Of a stretch of 64,000 nucleotides of DNA, positions 22,254-32,231 are shown piece by piece; position 1 is the first letter of the stretch; each line of letters begins with the position of its first letter. The stretch is from Mycobacteriales bacterium (lineage in GTDB: Bacteria > Actinomycetota > Actinomycetes > JAFAQI01), in NCBI GenBank assembly GCA_035550315.1, contig DASZPL010000135.1:27379-91378 (forward strand), written 5' to 3'. Both the position numbers and the translations under genes were made by a program. Under the pieces are notes generated by a model. The model did not search any database and was not told where the DNA came from. It saw only the letters and a program-made list of their open reading frames with translations.

Positions 22254-22580
22254 ATGGAGGACAGCTTGTTCATCGACCCGCAGGCGTTGTTGGACGAGTG
22301 GCGTGATGATCCGGGCCCGGGGGCGGCGGGATATCGATCCGACGAACGCATCCTGCTCGAGGGTGAGTACGGCCTCGAGATCTACATGCGCGACCTCGCT
22401 GGTGAGTGGCGGCGGGTGCTCGACGACCGGAAGTCGATTCCGTTCGAGCCCGACGCGCCCGGTCGGTATCTCGCGACCGCGCTACGACGCAGCCGCGATC
22501 TGGCCGGAATCTCGCAGCGTGCGCTGGCGAGCCGTGCAGGTGTTGGGTCATCAGCCGGTCGTCACGACGGCGGCGACTGA
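22254..22580 (+). pseudogene. possible truncated XRE-type HTH gene remnant
   Basis: The 108-aa ORF has coding-like codon bias. It ends LATALRRSRDLAGISQRALASRAGVG, which looks like the first helices of an XRE helix-turn-helix, then terminates ~12 codons later. That is too short for a complete HTH domain. Confidence 0.35.
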
Positions 22581-22608
22581 GGCGGCCGGGGTTGGGCGGG
22601 TCGCTAGC

Positions 22609-23766
22609 GTGACAGCCGTGGCAGACCAGGAAGCGGGCGACCGCCAGCCGGGGTTCGAGACGGTCGCGCTGCACGCGGGGCAGGAACCCGATCCGCTGAC
22701 GGGTGCGGTGGTGCCGCCGGTCTACCTGACGTCGACCTATGCGCAGGACGGGGTGGGCGGACTGCGCGGCGGTTACGAGTACAGCCGCAGCGCCAATCCG
22801 ACGCGCGCCGCGCTGGAAACCTGCCTGGCGGCGCTGGAGGGCGGCGCCAAGGGATTTGCGTTCGCCAGCGGGCTGGCCGCCGAAGACACGGCGTTGCGGG
22901 CGTTGTGCCAGCCGGGCGACCACGTGGTCATTCCGGCCGATGCGTACGGCGGCACCTATCGACTGTTCGCCAACGTGCTCGAGCGGTGGGGCCTCAGCTA
23001 CACGCCGGTGGACCAGCGAAACCTCGACGGCGTCCAAGCGGCGATCCGCGACAACACCCGAATCGTCTGGTGCGAGACGCCGACGAACCCGCTGCTCGGC
23101 ATCAGCGACATCAGCGCGCTCGCGGCAGTCGCACACGGCGCCGACGCGCTGCTCGTGGTCGACAACACCTTCGCGTCGCCGTACCTGCAGCAGCCGTTGC
23201 GGCTCGGGGCCGACGTCGTCGTGCACTCGATGACCAAGTACCTCGGCGGTCACAGCGACGTCGTCGGCGGAGCGCTGGTCGCGGCCGACCCCGAACTGGC
23301 AGAGCGCCTCGGCTACCACCAGAACGCGATCGGTGGCATCGCCGGACCGTTCGACTCCTGGTTGGTACTGCGCGGGTTGAAGACGCTGGGCGTCCGGATG
23401 GACCGGCACTGCGACAACGCCGAGCGCGTGGTGGCGCTGCTCCGGTCGCACGACGCCGTGACCGAGGTGCTCTACCCGGATCGCGACCCGGTCGCGGCGA
23501 AGCAGATGCGGCGGTTCGGCGGCATGGTGTCGTTCCGGACGGCCGGTGGCGAGGCGCAGGCGGTGGAGGTCTGCGGCCGGACCCGGTTGTTCACGTTGGC
23601 CGAGTCGCTCGGTGGCGTCGAGTCGCTGATCGAGCACCCGGCGCGGATGACCCACGCCAGTGCGGCCGGCTCACCCCTGGAGGTGCCGCCCGACCTCGTG
23701 CGCCTCTCGGTCGGGATTGAGACCGCCGACGATCTCCTCGCCGACCTGCGGCAGGCCCTCGGCTGA
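22609..23766 (+). CDS. metB: cystathionine gamma-synthase/gamma-lyase (Cys/Met metabolism PLP enzyme)
   Basis: Carries FETVALHAGQEPDP.TGAV.PP.Y.TSTY and HSMTKYLGGHSD with the PLP lysine. GTG 22609 gives ~385 aa. The track ORF (22165) includes ~150 non-homologous N-terminal codons. Confidence 0.88.
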   Translation: MTAVADQEAGDRQPGFETVALHAGQEPDPLTGAVVPPVYLTSTYAQDGVGGLRGGYEYSRSANPTRAALETCLAALEGGAKGFAFASGLAAEDTALRALCQPGDHVVIPADAYGGTYRLFANVLERWGLSYTPVDQRNLDGVQAAIRDNTRIVWCETPTNPLLGISDISALAAVAHGADALLVVDNTFASPYLQQPLRLGADVVVHSMTKYLGGHSDVVGGALVAADPELAERLGYHQNAIGGIAGPFDSWLVLRGLKTLGVRMDRHCDNAERVVALLRSHDAVTEVLYPDRDPVAAKQMRRFGGMVSFRTAGGEAQAVEVCGRTRLFTLAESLGGVESLIEHPARMTHASAAGSPLEVPPDLVRLSVGIETADDLLADLRQALG

Positions 23767-24969
23767 CCCGGCCGACGGCAGGCCGCGGGTCTCGGGCGCA
23801 AACACCGCGAGCGTGGCCGCGGCCGCCAGGATCGCCGCCGTCGAGCCGAACGCCGCGGCGTACGACGCATCTGCGATCCGCCCGGCAACCACCGGCCCGA
23901 CGACGCTGCCGACATCGGAGGACATCGTGTACGCCGCGAACACTGGGCCGCCGCTGCCCTCGACAACGTCACCCACGATCGCCGCCGGCGCCACATCGAG
24001 CAGACCCGAGCCGAGGCCGAGCAGGCCCAGGCCGATCAGGTAACCGGCGAGCTCCGGCCATGCTGCGAGCACCGCGATCCCGGCCGCGCTGCCGATGCAG
24101 CCGCTGACCAGTACGGGCTTGCGCCCCACCCGGTCCGCGTAGCGACCGGCCGGCAGCAGGGTCGCGCCATTGACGGCCGACACGATGAGGAAGCCGATGC
24201 CCGTCCAGATCACCGGTCGGTGCAGGACGTCGGAGACGAACAACGGGATCAGCGCCGAGCGGACACCGATGGCGCCCCAGGAGTCGGCGAAGTTCGCGAC
24301 CAGCGCGGCGCGGTAGGCGCGGTTGCGTAGCGCGGTGCCGAGCGATGTCCGCGCAACCGCGCCCGCCGCCGAACGGTCGGCCAACGGCGTTGCGCGAAGC
24401 TCGATCAGCGCGACCGACCCGGCGACCACCAGCGTGCCGGCGTAGATGAAGAACGGCAGTCGGATCGAGATGCCGTCGATCACGCCACCCAGCACCGGGC
24501 CGGTGATGCCACCGAGCAGGAAGCCGCCCTGCCAGAACCCGACGGCGTGCGCCCGGCTCTCCGGTCCGACCATCCGCACCAGCAGGCTCATCGCGCCGAT
24601 CGAGAACATCGCGGAGCCGACGCCGCCGATCCCGCGCAGCAGGATCAGCTGGACGTAGCTCTGCGCGACGCCGGCGAGTGCGCTGCTGACCGCCACGATG
24701 CCGATGCCGGTTGCGAGCACGAGCCGCTCGCCCAGCCGGTCGACCAGCCGGCCTGCCGGAAAGGCGAACGCGATCCGCATCACCGCGAACGCGCTGATGA
24801 CCGCCGCCGCCGCAGCCCGGCCGACGCCGAAGTCGCGAGCGAACACCGGCAGCGCCGGCGCCACGATCCCGAAGCCGAGCGCGACGAAGAACGCGACCGC
24901 GACCAGCACCCGCACCTCGCGGGGCAGCGGAATGGTGGCGTCGCCGCTCGGCGACCGCGCGATCCGCAC
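23671..24969 (-). CDS. MFS transporter
   Basis: 432 aa with ~12 predicted hydrophobic helices and an MFS loop motif (GRLVDRLGER). The 3' end overlaps the metB 3' end. Confidence 0.8.
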   Translation of the reverse strand: MRIARSPSGDATIPLPREVRVLVAVAFFVALGFGIVAPALPVFARDFGVGRAAAAAVISAFAVMRIAFAFPAGRLVDRLGERLVLATGIGIVAVSSALAGVAQSYVQLILLRGIGGVGSAMFSIGAMSLLVRMVGPESRAHAVGFWQGGFLLGGITGPVLGGVIDGISIRLPFFIYAGTLVVAGSVALIELRATPLADRSAAGAVARTSLGTALRNRAYRAALVANFADSWGAIGVRSALIPLFVSDVLHRPVIWTGIGFLIVSAVNGATLLPAGRYADRVGRKPVLVSGCIGSAAGIAVLAAWPELAGYLIGLGLLGLGSGLLDVAPAAIVGDVVEGSGGPVFAAYTMSSDVGSVVGPVVAGRIADASYAAAFGSTAAILAAAATLAVFAPETRGLPSAGSAEGLPQVGEEIVGGLNPDREAHEVGRHLQG

Positions 24970-25007
24970 CCTCCGCCCCGCCGCTCGCGCCGACTAACCC
25001 GAGACGG

Positions 25008-26960
25008 CTAGGACGCGCGGGCGACGCGCCCCCGCCGGGCGCGCAGGTAGTCGCTGATGACGTAGTCGCCGAGCCGCTCGGCATCCGGCGTAAAGACCCG
25101 GCCGCCGTTGCGCTGTGCTATCGCCTCGACGAACCGCACCAACCCGGGCTCGTCGTCGAGCATGAACACGTTGATCGTTGCGCCGCGCCGGGTCATCCGC
25201 TCGACCTCTGCCATGGTCGCGGCGGTGGTCTCGGGATGGGTCGGCCAGTCGAACCAGGCGCTGCCGTCCGGCAGCAGGTGCGCGGTCGGTTCGCCGTCGG
25301 TGACGACCATGACCACCGGCTCGGCGTCGGGATGCCCGGCCAGATGACGGCCGGCCAGCATCAACGCGTGTTGCAGGTTGGTGCCCTGCACCATGTCCCA
25401 GGTCAAGCTCGGCAGGTCGGCCGCGCGCAGCACCCGCGCGTAGCGCGAGAAGCCGATCACCTCGATGGCGTCTTGCGGGTACTTCGTCGTCACCAACGTG
25501 TGCAGCGCGAGGGCGGTCGACTTCGCGGTCGCCCAGGTACCGCGCAGCGCCATCGAGTAGGACAGGTCGACCAGGAGCGCGACCGCCGCGCCCGACCGCC
25601 GTTCGGTCTCGACCACCTCGAAGTCCTCGACCGCGACTCGCACCGGCGTCCCCTGGCCGGTCCGCAGCACCGCGTTCTTGACCGTGCGTACGACGTCGAA
25701 CGGCTGCTGGTCGCCGAACTCCCACGGCCGAGTTGCACCCGTCGGGTCGCCGGCGGCGCCGGCGTCGTGCTGATCGTGGTCGCCGCGACCGCGGGCGTGC
25801 AGCCGCGCGAAGATCCGGCGCAGCGCGGTCTCGCCGAGTCGGCGCATCCCCTTCGGGGTCAACGTCAGCTCGCCGTCGCTGCGTTGCAGGTAGCCCTGCC
25901 GCTGCAGCTCGCGCTCCACCCGGCGCAGCGCCTCGAGGTCGTCGACGGCGTTACGGCCGAGGGCGCGCTCGAGCAGCTCCGGGTCGACGTCGTCGAGCGA
26001 TGCGCCCGGATACGACTGCGACAGCAACTGCTCGAGCTCGTCGAGGTCGGCGGCGTCCTCCAACGCCGTGGTCGCGTCACCGAGGCCGAGGGGCGTGTCG
26101 CCGCGCATCTGCTGCCGGCTGCGCCAGTCCAGCTCGGGCCGGCGCGACCGCAACGCGTCCGACAGCCGCGCCAGCTCGTCGGCCAACCCGGTGTCCGCCA
26201 TCGCCTGCTGCATCAGCCCGGCCAGCTCCGCCTGCTGCTCCGGCGACAACGAGTTCATCAACCGCTGCGCCGCCGCGGCCCGGCGTGCCAGCGAGTCGAC
26301 CAGCTCGTCGAGCGACTGCGGCTGGTCCGGGAAGAACTCGCCGTACTCCTGCATGAACTGCTCGAACCGCTCGCTGACGTCCTCGCCTCTGGCGTCGGCG
26401 TCGAGCATCTCGTTGAGCGCGGCGAGCATCTCGCGAATCCGCTGCTGCGTCTGCGGGTCGCCGTTCGCGAGCGCCTGCTTCATGCCGCGGAACTGGCTGT
26501 CGAGCACCTCGGAGCGCAACAGGTCCTGGATCTGCTGGTACGCCGCGGCCGCCTCCGGCGAGCGCCAGCGATGCTCGGCCAGCTCGCGCACCGCCCGCGC
26601 GGTGTCATTGGGCAGCGCGTCGAGCTCGGCCTCTTCCAGGCGCGCGTCGTCGCTCGGGTCGGCGAACAGCGCCCGGCGCTCCGCCTCCAACGCCTGGTCG
26701 AGCAGCTCTCGGACCTGCGCCAGCGTGCCGTCCAGCCGGCCGGCGCGTCGCGCCTGGCGCTGCCGCTTGCGCACGTCGCGCATCAGGCTGTCAAGCCCGC
26801 GCCGTCCGGTGAGACCGCGGCGCAGCAACCGCTGCAACGCCTCCGCCGGCGAGGCGCCGGACAGGACCGAGTCGCCGATCTCGTCGATCGCGTCGGTCAG
26901 GTCGTACGGTGGCGCCAGCGGGTCATCGCCGCCGTGCCACTCGCCGTACCTCGATCTCAC
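25008..26960 (-). CDS. von Willebrand factor A (VWA) domain protein
   Basis: GTG 26960 overlaps the upstream ATPase stop (GTGA). C-terminal VWA domain has a MIDAS motif DLSYSM...VVTDGEP. The long N-terminal helical region is acidic. The track ORF start at 27563 is an artefact. Confidence 0.8.
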   Translation of the reverse strand: MRSRYGEWHGGDDPLAPPYDLTDAIDEIGDSVLSGASPAEALQRLLRRGLTGRRGLDSLMRDVRKRQRQARRAGRLDGTLAQVRELLDQALEAERRALFADPSDDARLEEAELDALPNDTARAVRELAEHRWRSPEAAAAYQQIQDLLRSEVLDSQFRGMKQALANGDPQTQQRIREMLAALNEMLDADARGEDVSERFEQFMQEYGEFFPDQPQSLDELVDSLARRAAAAQRLMNSLSPEQQAELAGLMQQAMADTGLADELARLSDALRSRRPELDWRSRQQMRGDTPLGLGDATTALEDAADLDELEQLLSQSYPGASLDDVDPELLERALGRNAVDDLEALRRVERELQRQGYLQRSDGELTLTPKGMRRLGETALRRIFARLHARGRGDHDQHDAGAAGDPTGATRPWEFGDQQPFDVVRTVKNAVLRTGQGTPVRVAVEDFEVVETERRSGAAVALLVDLSYSMALRGTWATAKSTALALHTLVTTKYPQDAIEVIGFSRYARVLRAADLPSLTWDMVQGTNLQHALMLAGRHLAGHPDAEPVVMVVTDGEPTAHLLPDGSAWFDWPTHPETTAATMAEVERMTRRGATINVFMLDDEPGLVRFVEAIAQRNGGRVFTPDAERLGDYVISDYLRARRGRVARAS

Positions 26961-28393
26961 CGCGCCCCATACACGGTGCGGTCGGGGAGCGTCTCCTTGG
27001 ACAGCCGGCGCAGCAGGTAGAGCCCTTCGAGTGCGAACTCCAGGCCGGCGGCCGCCAGGCCGGGCGACTCGCCCTCGTCGATGCCGAGCGCGCTGAGGAT
27101 CCGGCCGAGCCCCGGCACCGTGCCGAGCCCGCTGAGCAGCTCGGTGCCCGGCACCAGCTCGCCGGTCTCGACCGTCGTGCCCTCGTTGAACACGTCGACC
27201 AGCGGCGCCAGATCGACGCCGCCCAGTCGGGCCCGAAACGTGTCGGCCACCGCCCGCCGCAGCAGGTGCTCCAGGATCTCCGGCTCGCGGCCTTCTTCCG
27301 ACGCCTCGAACTCGACCTTGCCCTGTACCGCCGGCACGATCGCCGGCAGGTCGGCGACCCGGGCGACCGGCATCTCCTCGCCGGTCAGCGCCGCCCGCCG
27401 CACCGCCGACGCCGCCACCGTCTCGGCGGCGGCCACCGCGAACCGCGCGGAGACCCCGGAGCGCTGGTCGACGGCGGGCGAGTCGCGGACGTGGCGGGTG
27501 AACCGCGCGACCACCTCGACGAGGTGGTCGGGCAGCGCGGCGGAGACCGCGTCGTCGCCCCAATGCACGACCGCTTCCTGGCGCACCATGCGCAGCTCGT
27601 CCTCGAGCTCCAGCGGGTAGTGCGTGCGGACCTCGGCGCCGAACCGGTCCTTCAGCGGGGTGATGATTCGTCCCCGGTTGGTGTAGTCCTCGGGGTTCGC
27701 GGTTGCGACGAGCATGACGTCGAGCGGCAGCCGCAGCACGTAGCCGCGCACCTGGATGTCGCGCTCCTCCAACACATTGAGCAGCGCGACCTGGATCCGC
27801 TCGGCGAGGTCGGGCAGCTCGTTGATCGCGACGATCCCGCGGTTGGTGCGGGGGACCAGGCCGTAGTGCACCGTCTCGGGGTCGCCGAGGGTGCGGCCCT
27901 CCGCCACCTTGATCGGGTCGACGTCGCCGATCAGGTCACCGACCGACACGTCGGGGGTGGCGAGCTTCTCGGCGTACCGCTCATCTCGCGGCTTCCAGCT
28001 GACCGGCAGGTCGTCGCCGGCCTCGGCCGTCAGCCGGCGACAGCGCGCGCAGGCCGGGGCATACGGATGGTCGTTGATCTCGCAGCCGGTCACGACCGGC
28101 GTCCACTCGTCGAGCAGGTCGACGAGGGTCCGGGCCAGCCGGGTCTTGCCCTGGCCGCGCTCGCCGAGCAGCACGATGTCGTGGCCGGCCAGCACCGCGC
28201 GCTCGACCTGCGGCAGCACGGTGTCGTCGAAGCCGATGATGCCGGAGAACCGCTCGCCGCCTTCCGCCATCCGCGCGAGCAGGTTGTCGCGCAGCTCGGC
28301 GTGCACGCTCTTGTGGCGATGGCCGGATGCCCGCAGCGCGGCGAGCGTGGTCGGGCGGTCGGTGGGCGAGGCAGGGGCGGCGGCACTCATCAC
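26957..28393 (-). CDS. AAA+ ATPase, ChlI/MoxR (Mg-chelatase-like) family
   Basis: Walker A LLGERGQGKT, Walker B-like GIVAINELPDL, and a Cys cluster C-x15-C-x2-C (CEINDHPYAPACARCRRL). Forms an operon with the downstream VWA protein. Confidence 0.8.
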   Translation of the reverse strand: MMSAAAPASPTDRPTTLAALRASGHRHKSVHAELRDNLLARMAEGGERFSGIIGFDDTVLPQVERAVLAGHDIVLLGERGQGKTRLARTLVDLLDEWTPVVTGCEINDHPYAPACARCRRLTAEAGDDLPVSWKPRDERYAEKLATPDVSVGDLIGDVDPIKVAEGRTLGDPETVHYGLVPRTNRGIVAINELPDLAERIQVALLNVLEERDIQVRGYVLRLPLDVMLVATANPEDYTNRGRIITPLKDRFGAEVRTHYPLELEDELRMVRQEAVVHWGDDAVSAALPDHLVEVVARFTRHVRDSPAVDQRSGVSARFAVAAAETVAASAVRRAALTGEEMPVARVADLPAIVPAVQGKVEFEASEEGREPEILEHLLRRAVADTFRARLGGVDLAPLVDVFNEGTTVETGELVPGTELLSGLGTVPGLGRILSALGIDEGESPGLAAAGLEFALEGLYLLRRLSKETLPDRTVYGAR

Positions 28394-28427
28394 CTCACGT
28401 TACGTCCAGCCGGGGCAGACTGAACAC

Positions 28428-29594
28428 ATGGCTGCATTCGGTGACGGCCTCGCCGTCGGGGCGGATCTCGTCGAGGCGACCGACACCGCGGTGGCCCGAG
28501 CGACCGCGGGCCTGGCCGGCCACCGGGCCGACCTGATGATCGGGTTCGTCCACGGCGAGGACGTCGCCGCGATCGAAGCCGCACTGCACCGGCTCGCCGA
28601 GCTGGCCGGCGCCGCGACCGTGCTGGGTTGCTCGGTGCCCGGTGTCATTGCCGGCGGCCGCGGCGTGGAGGAGACGCCGGCGGTCGCCGTCTGGTGCGCT
28701 GCGTTGCCCGACGCGCAGGTGCGCAGCTTCGCGCTGCGGGCGGTGCCGGCCGCCGGCGGCCTCGCCGTGTTGGGCATGCCGGAGCAACAGCTGGACGACG
28801 CGGTCGCGGTACTGCTCGCGGACCCGTGGTCGTTCCCGGTCGACGGCTTCGTCGCGGAGAGCAACACCACGCTGCCGGGCCTGCCGGTGGTCGGCGGGCT
28901 CGCGGTCGGGCCCGACGGGCACGGCTCGACCCGGCTGCTGGTCGATGGCCGGGTCGTGGACGAGGGCGCGGTCGGTGTCGTGCTGGGCGGCGCGGTCGAC
29001 GTCCACCCGCTGGTCAGCCAGGGCTGCCGCCCGGTCGGGCCGACCATGACAGTGACGGCGGCCGAGGGCAACCTGCTGCTCGAGCTGGCCGGAGCGCCGG
29101 CGCTCGCCAAGCTCGAGGAGATCGTGACGACGTTGCCGCCGGAAGAGCAGTCGCTGGTCGCCACCGGCCTGCAGATCGGCATCACCCGCGACGAGTACGT
29201 CGACGAGCAGGGGCAGGGCGACTTCTTGATCCGCGGCGTCGCGGGCGCGGACGAGGCCCGCGGCGCGCTCGCGGTCGGCGACGTGGTGCCGGTCGGCCGG
29301 ACCGTCCGGTTTCAGGTCCGCGACGCGGTGGCCGCCGACGCCGACCTGCGCGCGACGCTCGACGCGTTTCGCGACCGTCGGTCCCGCGACGTGCAGGGGG
29401 CGCTGTTGTTCTCCTGCAACGGTCGCGGTGCGGGCTTGTTCGGTACGCCGGACCACGACCCCGAGGTGGTGCGGTCACAACTGGTCGGCTCCGGCGTCGC
29501 CGGCTGCTTCGCCGCCGGCGAGATCGGCCCCGTCGCCGGGCGCAACTTCGTGCACGGCTTCACCGCGTCGATCCTCGCGTTCAGCGCGACGTGA
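28428..29594 (+). CDS. FIST (FIST_N/FIST_C) sensory domain protein
   Basis: ATG 28428 gives 388 aa. The overall pattern matches FIST domain proteins (..LMIGFVHGED.., ..LLFSCNGRG..LFG.., ..GFFAAGEIGPV). The track start at 27891 lies inside the divergent ATPase gene. Confidence 0.7.
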   Translation: MAAFGDGLAVGADLVEATDTAVARATAGLAGHRADLMIGFVHGEDVAAIEAALHRLAELAGAATVLGCSVPGVIAGGRGVEETPAVAVWCAALPDAQVRSFALRAVPAAGGLAVLGMPEQQLDDAVAVLLADPWSFPVDGFVAESNTTLPGLPVVGGLAVGPDGHGSTRLLVDGRVVDEGAVGVVLGGAVDVHPLVSQGCRPVGPTMTVTAAEGNLLLELAGAPALAKLEEIVTTLPPEEQSLVATGLQIGITRDEYVDEQGQGDFLIRGVAGADEARGALAVGDVVPVGRTVRFQVRDAVAADADLRATLDAFRDRRSRDVQGALLFSCNGRGAGLFGTPDHDPEVVRSQLVGSGVAGCFAAGEIGPVAGRNFVHGFTASILAFSAT

Positions 29595-30805
29595 CCAACG
29601 CGGCGCAAATGACGGTCGGCGACGTCGAGGCGGCGGCCGAGCTGCTCCGCGACGTCGTCCGGCGTACCCCACTGGAAGGCTCGCGCCCGCTCGCCGAGAT
29701 GGTCGGCGGTCCGGTGTGGCTGAAGTGCGAGAACCTGCAGCGCGCCGGCTCGTTCAAGCTGCGCGGTGCCTACGTCCGGATCGCGCGATTGACCAAGGCC
29801 GAACGCGACCGCGGCGTGGTCGCGGCGAGCGCCGGCAATCACGCGCAGGGCGTGGCGCTGGCGGCCAGCCTGCTGGGCAGCCGGGCGACGGTGTTCATGC
29901 CGGAGGGCGCGCCGATCCCGAAGGTCGAGGCGACCCGCGGCTACGGCGCCGAGGTGCGGTTCGCGGGTCTGACCATCGACCAGTCGCTCGATGCGGCGAC
30001 CGGCTTTGCGGCGGAGGCCGGGCAGGTGCTGATTCACCCGTTCGACCATCCGGACGTCGTGGCCGGCCAGGGCACCGTCGGGTTCGAGATCCTCGACCAG
30101 CTGCCTGACGTGCGGACCGTCGTCGTGAGCACGGGCGGTGGCGGCCTGCTGTCGGGCGTCGCGCTGGCGGTGAAGGCGCGGCGGCCCGAGGTCCGTGTCA
30201 TCGGCGTGCAGGCGACCGGGGCGGCGAGCTTCGCCGAGTCGCTACGCGCCGGTCATCCGGTGTCGCTCCCGGCCATGGCGACGGTCGCGGACGGCATCGC
30301 GGTCGGCTGCCCCGGCGAGCTGACGTTCGACTTGGTGCGCCGCTACGTCGATGACGTCGTCACCGTGTCCGACGACGCCTTGGCCCGCGCGCTGCTGCTC
30401 TGCCTGGAGCGGGCCAAGCTGGTCGTCGAGCCGGCCGGCGCGGCGGCGGTCGCCGCCCTGATGGAGCAGCCGACGGCGTTTCAGCCCCCGGTCGTGGCCG
30501 TGCTGTCCGGCGGCAACATCGACCCGGTGCTGCTGCTGCGCGTGCTGCGCCACGGCATGATCGCGGCCGGTCGCTACCTGTCGTTCCAGCTGCGCATCCC
30601 GGACCGCCCGGGCGAGCTCGCCCGGCTGCTCCAGGAGCTGGCGGCATCGGGCGCGAACGTGCTGGACGTCGAACACCTGCGCACCGGACCACAGCTGCAC
30701 CTCGACGAGGTCGAGGTGCAGCTGCAACTGGAAACCCGCGGCCCCGCGCACCGCGAAGCGGTGCTCGGCCGGCTTCGCGCCGCCGGCTACCCGCTGGGTC
30801 TGTGA
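29591..30805 (+). CDS. ilvA: threonine ammonia-lyase (threonine dehydratase)
   Basis: GTGA overlap with the FIST stop. KCENLQRAGSFKLRGA carries the PLP lysine, followed by ASAGNHAQGVA and a C-terminal ACT-like regulatory domain. Confidence 0.88.
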   Translation: MTNAAQMTVGDVEAAAELLRDVVRRTPLEGSRPLAEMVGGPVWLKCENLQRAGSFKLRGAYVRIARLTKAERDRGVVAASAGNHAQGVALAASLLGSRATVFMPEGAPIPKVEATRGYGAEVRFAGLTIDQSLDAATGFAAEAGQVLIHPFDHPDVVAGQGTVGFEILDQLPDVRTVVVSTGGGGLLSGVALAVKARRPEVRVIGVQATGAASFAESLRAGHPVSLPAMATVADGIAVGCPGELTFDLVRRYVDDVVTVSDDALARALLLCLERAKLVVEPAGAAAVAALMEQPTAFQPPVVAVLSGGNIDPVLLLRVLRHGMIAAGRYLSFQLRIPDRPGELARLLQELAASGANVLDVEHLRTGPQLHLDEVEVQLQLETRGPAHREAVLGRLRAAGYPLGL

Positions 30806-30814
30806 CGGCTTGGG

Positions 30815-31309
30815 CTAGCCGGTGTACGGCGACGCGCTGATCAGCTCGACCCGGATCTCGCTGCCGGTCGGCGCGGTGTAGCTGACCTGGTCGCCCGGCG
30901 ACGCCCCGGTGAGCGCTTGACCGAGCGGCGACTGTGCGGAGTACACGGTCACGTCGGTGACCGCCGCCTCCTCCCGGGAGCCGATCAGGAACGTCTCCTC
31001 GTCGCCGCCGTCGACGTACCGGATCCGCACGACCATTCCCGGTCCCGCCACACCCTCGTCGGCGGTCGGCGGCGTCCCAACCTTGGCGTCACGCAACAGC
31101 TGGGTGAGCTGACGAATCCGCGCCTCCATCTTTCCCTGCTCGTCCTTGGCGGCGTGGTAGCCGCCGTTCTCGCGCAGGTCGCCTTCGGCGCGGGCGGCGC
31201 CGATCCGGCGGGAGATCTCCGCCCGGGCGGGTCCCGACAGCTCTTCCAGCTCCGCCTTGAGCCGGTCGTAGGCCTCCTGGGTCAGCCAGGTCACGGTCGT
31301 GTCGCTCAT
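30815..31309 (-). CDS. greA: transcription elongation factor GreA
   Basis: ATG 31309 gives [24 protein letters not shown]....[20 protein letters not shown], the classic GreA N-terminus. Confidence 0.92.
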   Translation of the reverse strand: MSDTTVTWLTQEAYDRLKAELEELSGPARAEISRRIGAARAEGDLRENGGYHAAKDEQGKMEARIRQLTQLLRDAKVGTPPTADEGVAGPGMVVRIRYVDGGDEETFLIGSREEAAVTDVTVYSAQSPLGQALTGASPGDQVSYTAPTGSEIRVELISASPYTG

Positions 31310-31349
31310 CCGATCCAGGTTACGGGCTAGCCATGCCACGATTGAAGCC

Positions 31350-32231
31350 GTGACCGATGGATCGCTGCGCCTGCTGGCGGTGCACGCGCACCCCGACGAC
31401 GAGGCCAGCAAGGGCGCGGCGACGGTCGCCCGCTACGTCGCCGAGGGCGTCGAGGTGATGGTCGCCACCTGCACCGGCGGCGAGCGCGGGTCGATCCTGA
31501 ACCCCGCGATGGACCGTCCCGACGTGATCGCCAACCTCAGCGGGATCCGGCACAAGGAGATGCAGCGCGCGATCGAGATCCTGGGCGTGCACCACACCTG
31601 GCTGGGATTCGTCGATTCGGGCCTGCCCGAGGGCGACCCGGTGCCACCGGTGCCGGAGGGCTGTTTTGCGCTGGAGTCGCTTGAGGTCGCCGCCGAGCCG
31701 CTAGTGCGCCTGGTGCGAACCTTCCGGCCGCACGTCATGACAACGTACGACGAGAACGGCGGCTACCCGCACCCCGACCACGTCATGACGCACAAGGTCA
31801 GCGTCGAGGCGTTCGACGCAGCCGGCGACCCGGACCGCTATCCCGGCACCGGCGAGCCGTGGCAGCCGCTGAAGCTCTACTACCACATGACGTTTCACCG
31901 GGCGCGGTTCCAAGCGCTGCACGACGCCATGACCGCGGCCGGCCTGGAGTCGCCGTACGCCGACCGGCTCAAGGAGTGGGGCGATCGACCGGACGTCGGC
32001 GGCCGAGTCACGACCCGGGTCCACTGCGCCGACTACTTCGAGGTGCGCGACCGGGCGCTGCTCGCCCACGAGACCCAGGTGGACCCGCTGTCGTTCTGGT
32101 TCGCCTGCCCGCTCGACGTGCAGCGGGTGGCGTGGCCCACCGAGGACTACGAGCTGGCCCGGTCGCTGGTCGACAGCGAGCTGCCGGAGGACGACCTGTT
32201 CGCAGGCGTCCGCGACGAGGCGCGGCGATGA
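31350..32231 (+). CDS. mca: mycothiol S-conjugate amidase (LmbE/MshB/Mca family)
   Basis: [11 protein letters not shown] is the zinc motif and HPDH is also present. ~293 aa, divergent from greA as in other actinobacteria. Confidence 0.82.
   Translation: MTDGSLRLLAVHAHPDDEASKGAATVARYVAEGVEVMVATCTGGERGSILNPAMDRPDVIANLSGIRHKEMQRAIEILGVHHTWLGFVDSGLPEGDPVPPVPEGCFALESLEVAAEPLVRLVRTFRPHVMTTYDENGGYPHPDHVMTHKVSVEAFDAAGDPDRYPGTGEPWQPLKLYYHMTFHRARFQALHDAMTAAGLESPYADRLKEWGDRPDVGGRVTTRVHCADYFEVRDRALLAHETQVDPLSFWFACPLDVQRVAWPTEDYELARSLVDSELPEDDLFAGVRDEARR

Noticed and set aside
22165-22608. 148-codon N-terminal extension of metB in the track
   Set aside because: The extension has no similarity to Cys/Met PLP enzymes, whose conserved N-terminus (FETVALHAG) begins just after GTG 22609. 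It also overlaps the separate 108-aa ORF in another frame.
26961-27563. N-terminal ~200 codons of the 851-aa track ORF (VWA gene)
   Set aside because: This part overlaps the 3' half of the AAA+ ATPase gene in another frame and is Arg/Gly/Pro-rich. A GTG at 26960 overlapping the ATPase stop gives a sensible VWA protein.
28628-29590. N-terminal 321 codons of the 725-aa track ORF (ilvA)
   Set aside because: Arg/Gly-rich frame overlapping the FIST gene. The threonine dehydratase homology starts at GTG 29591, which overlaps the FIST stop.
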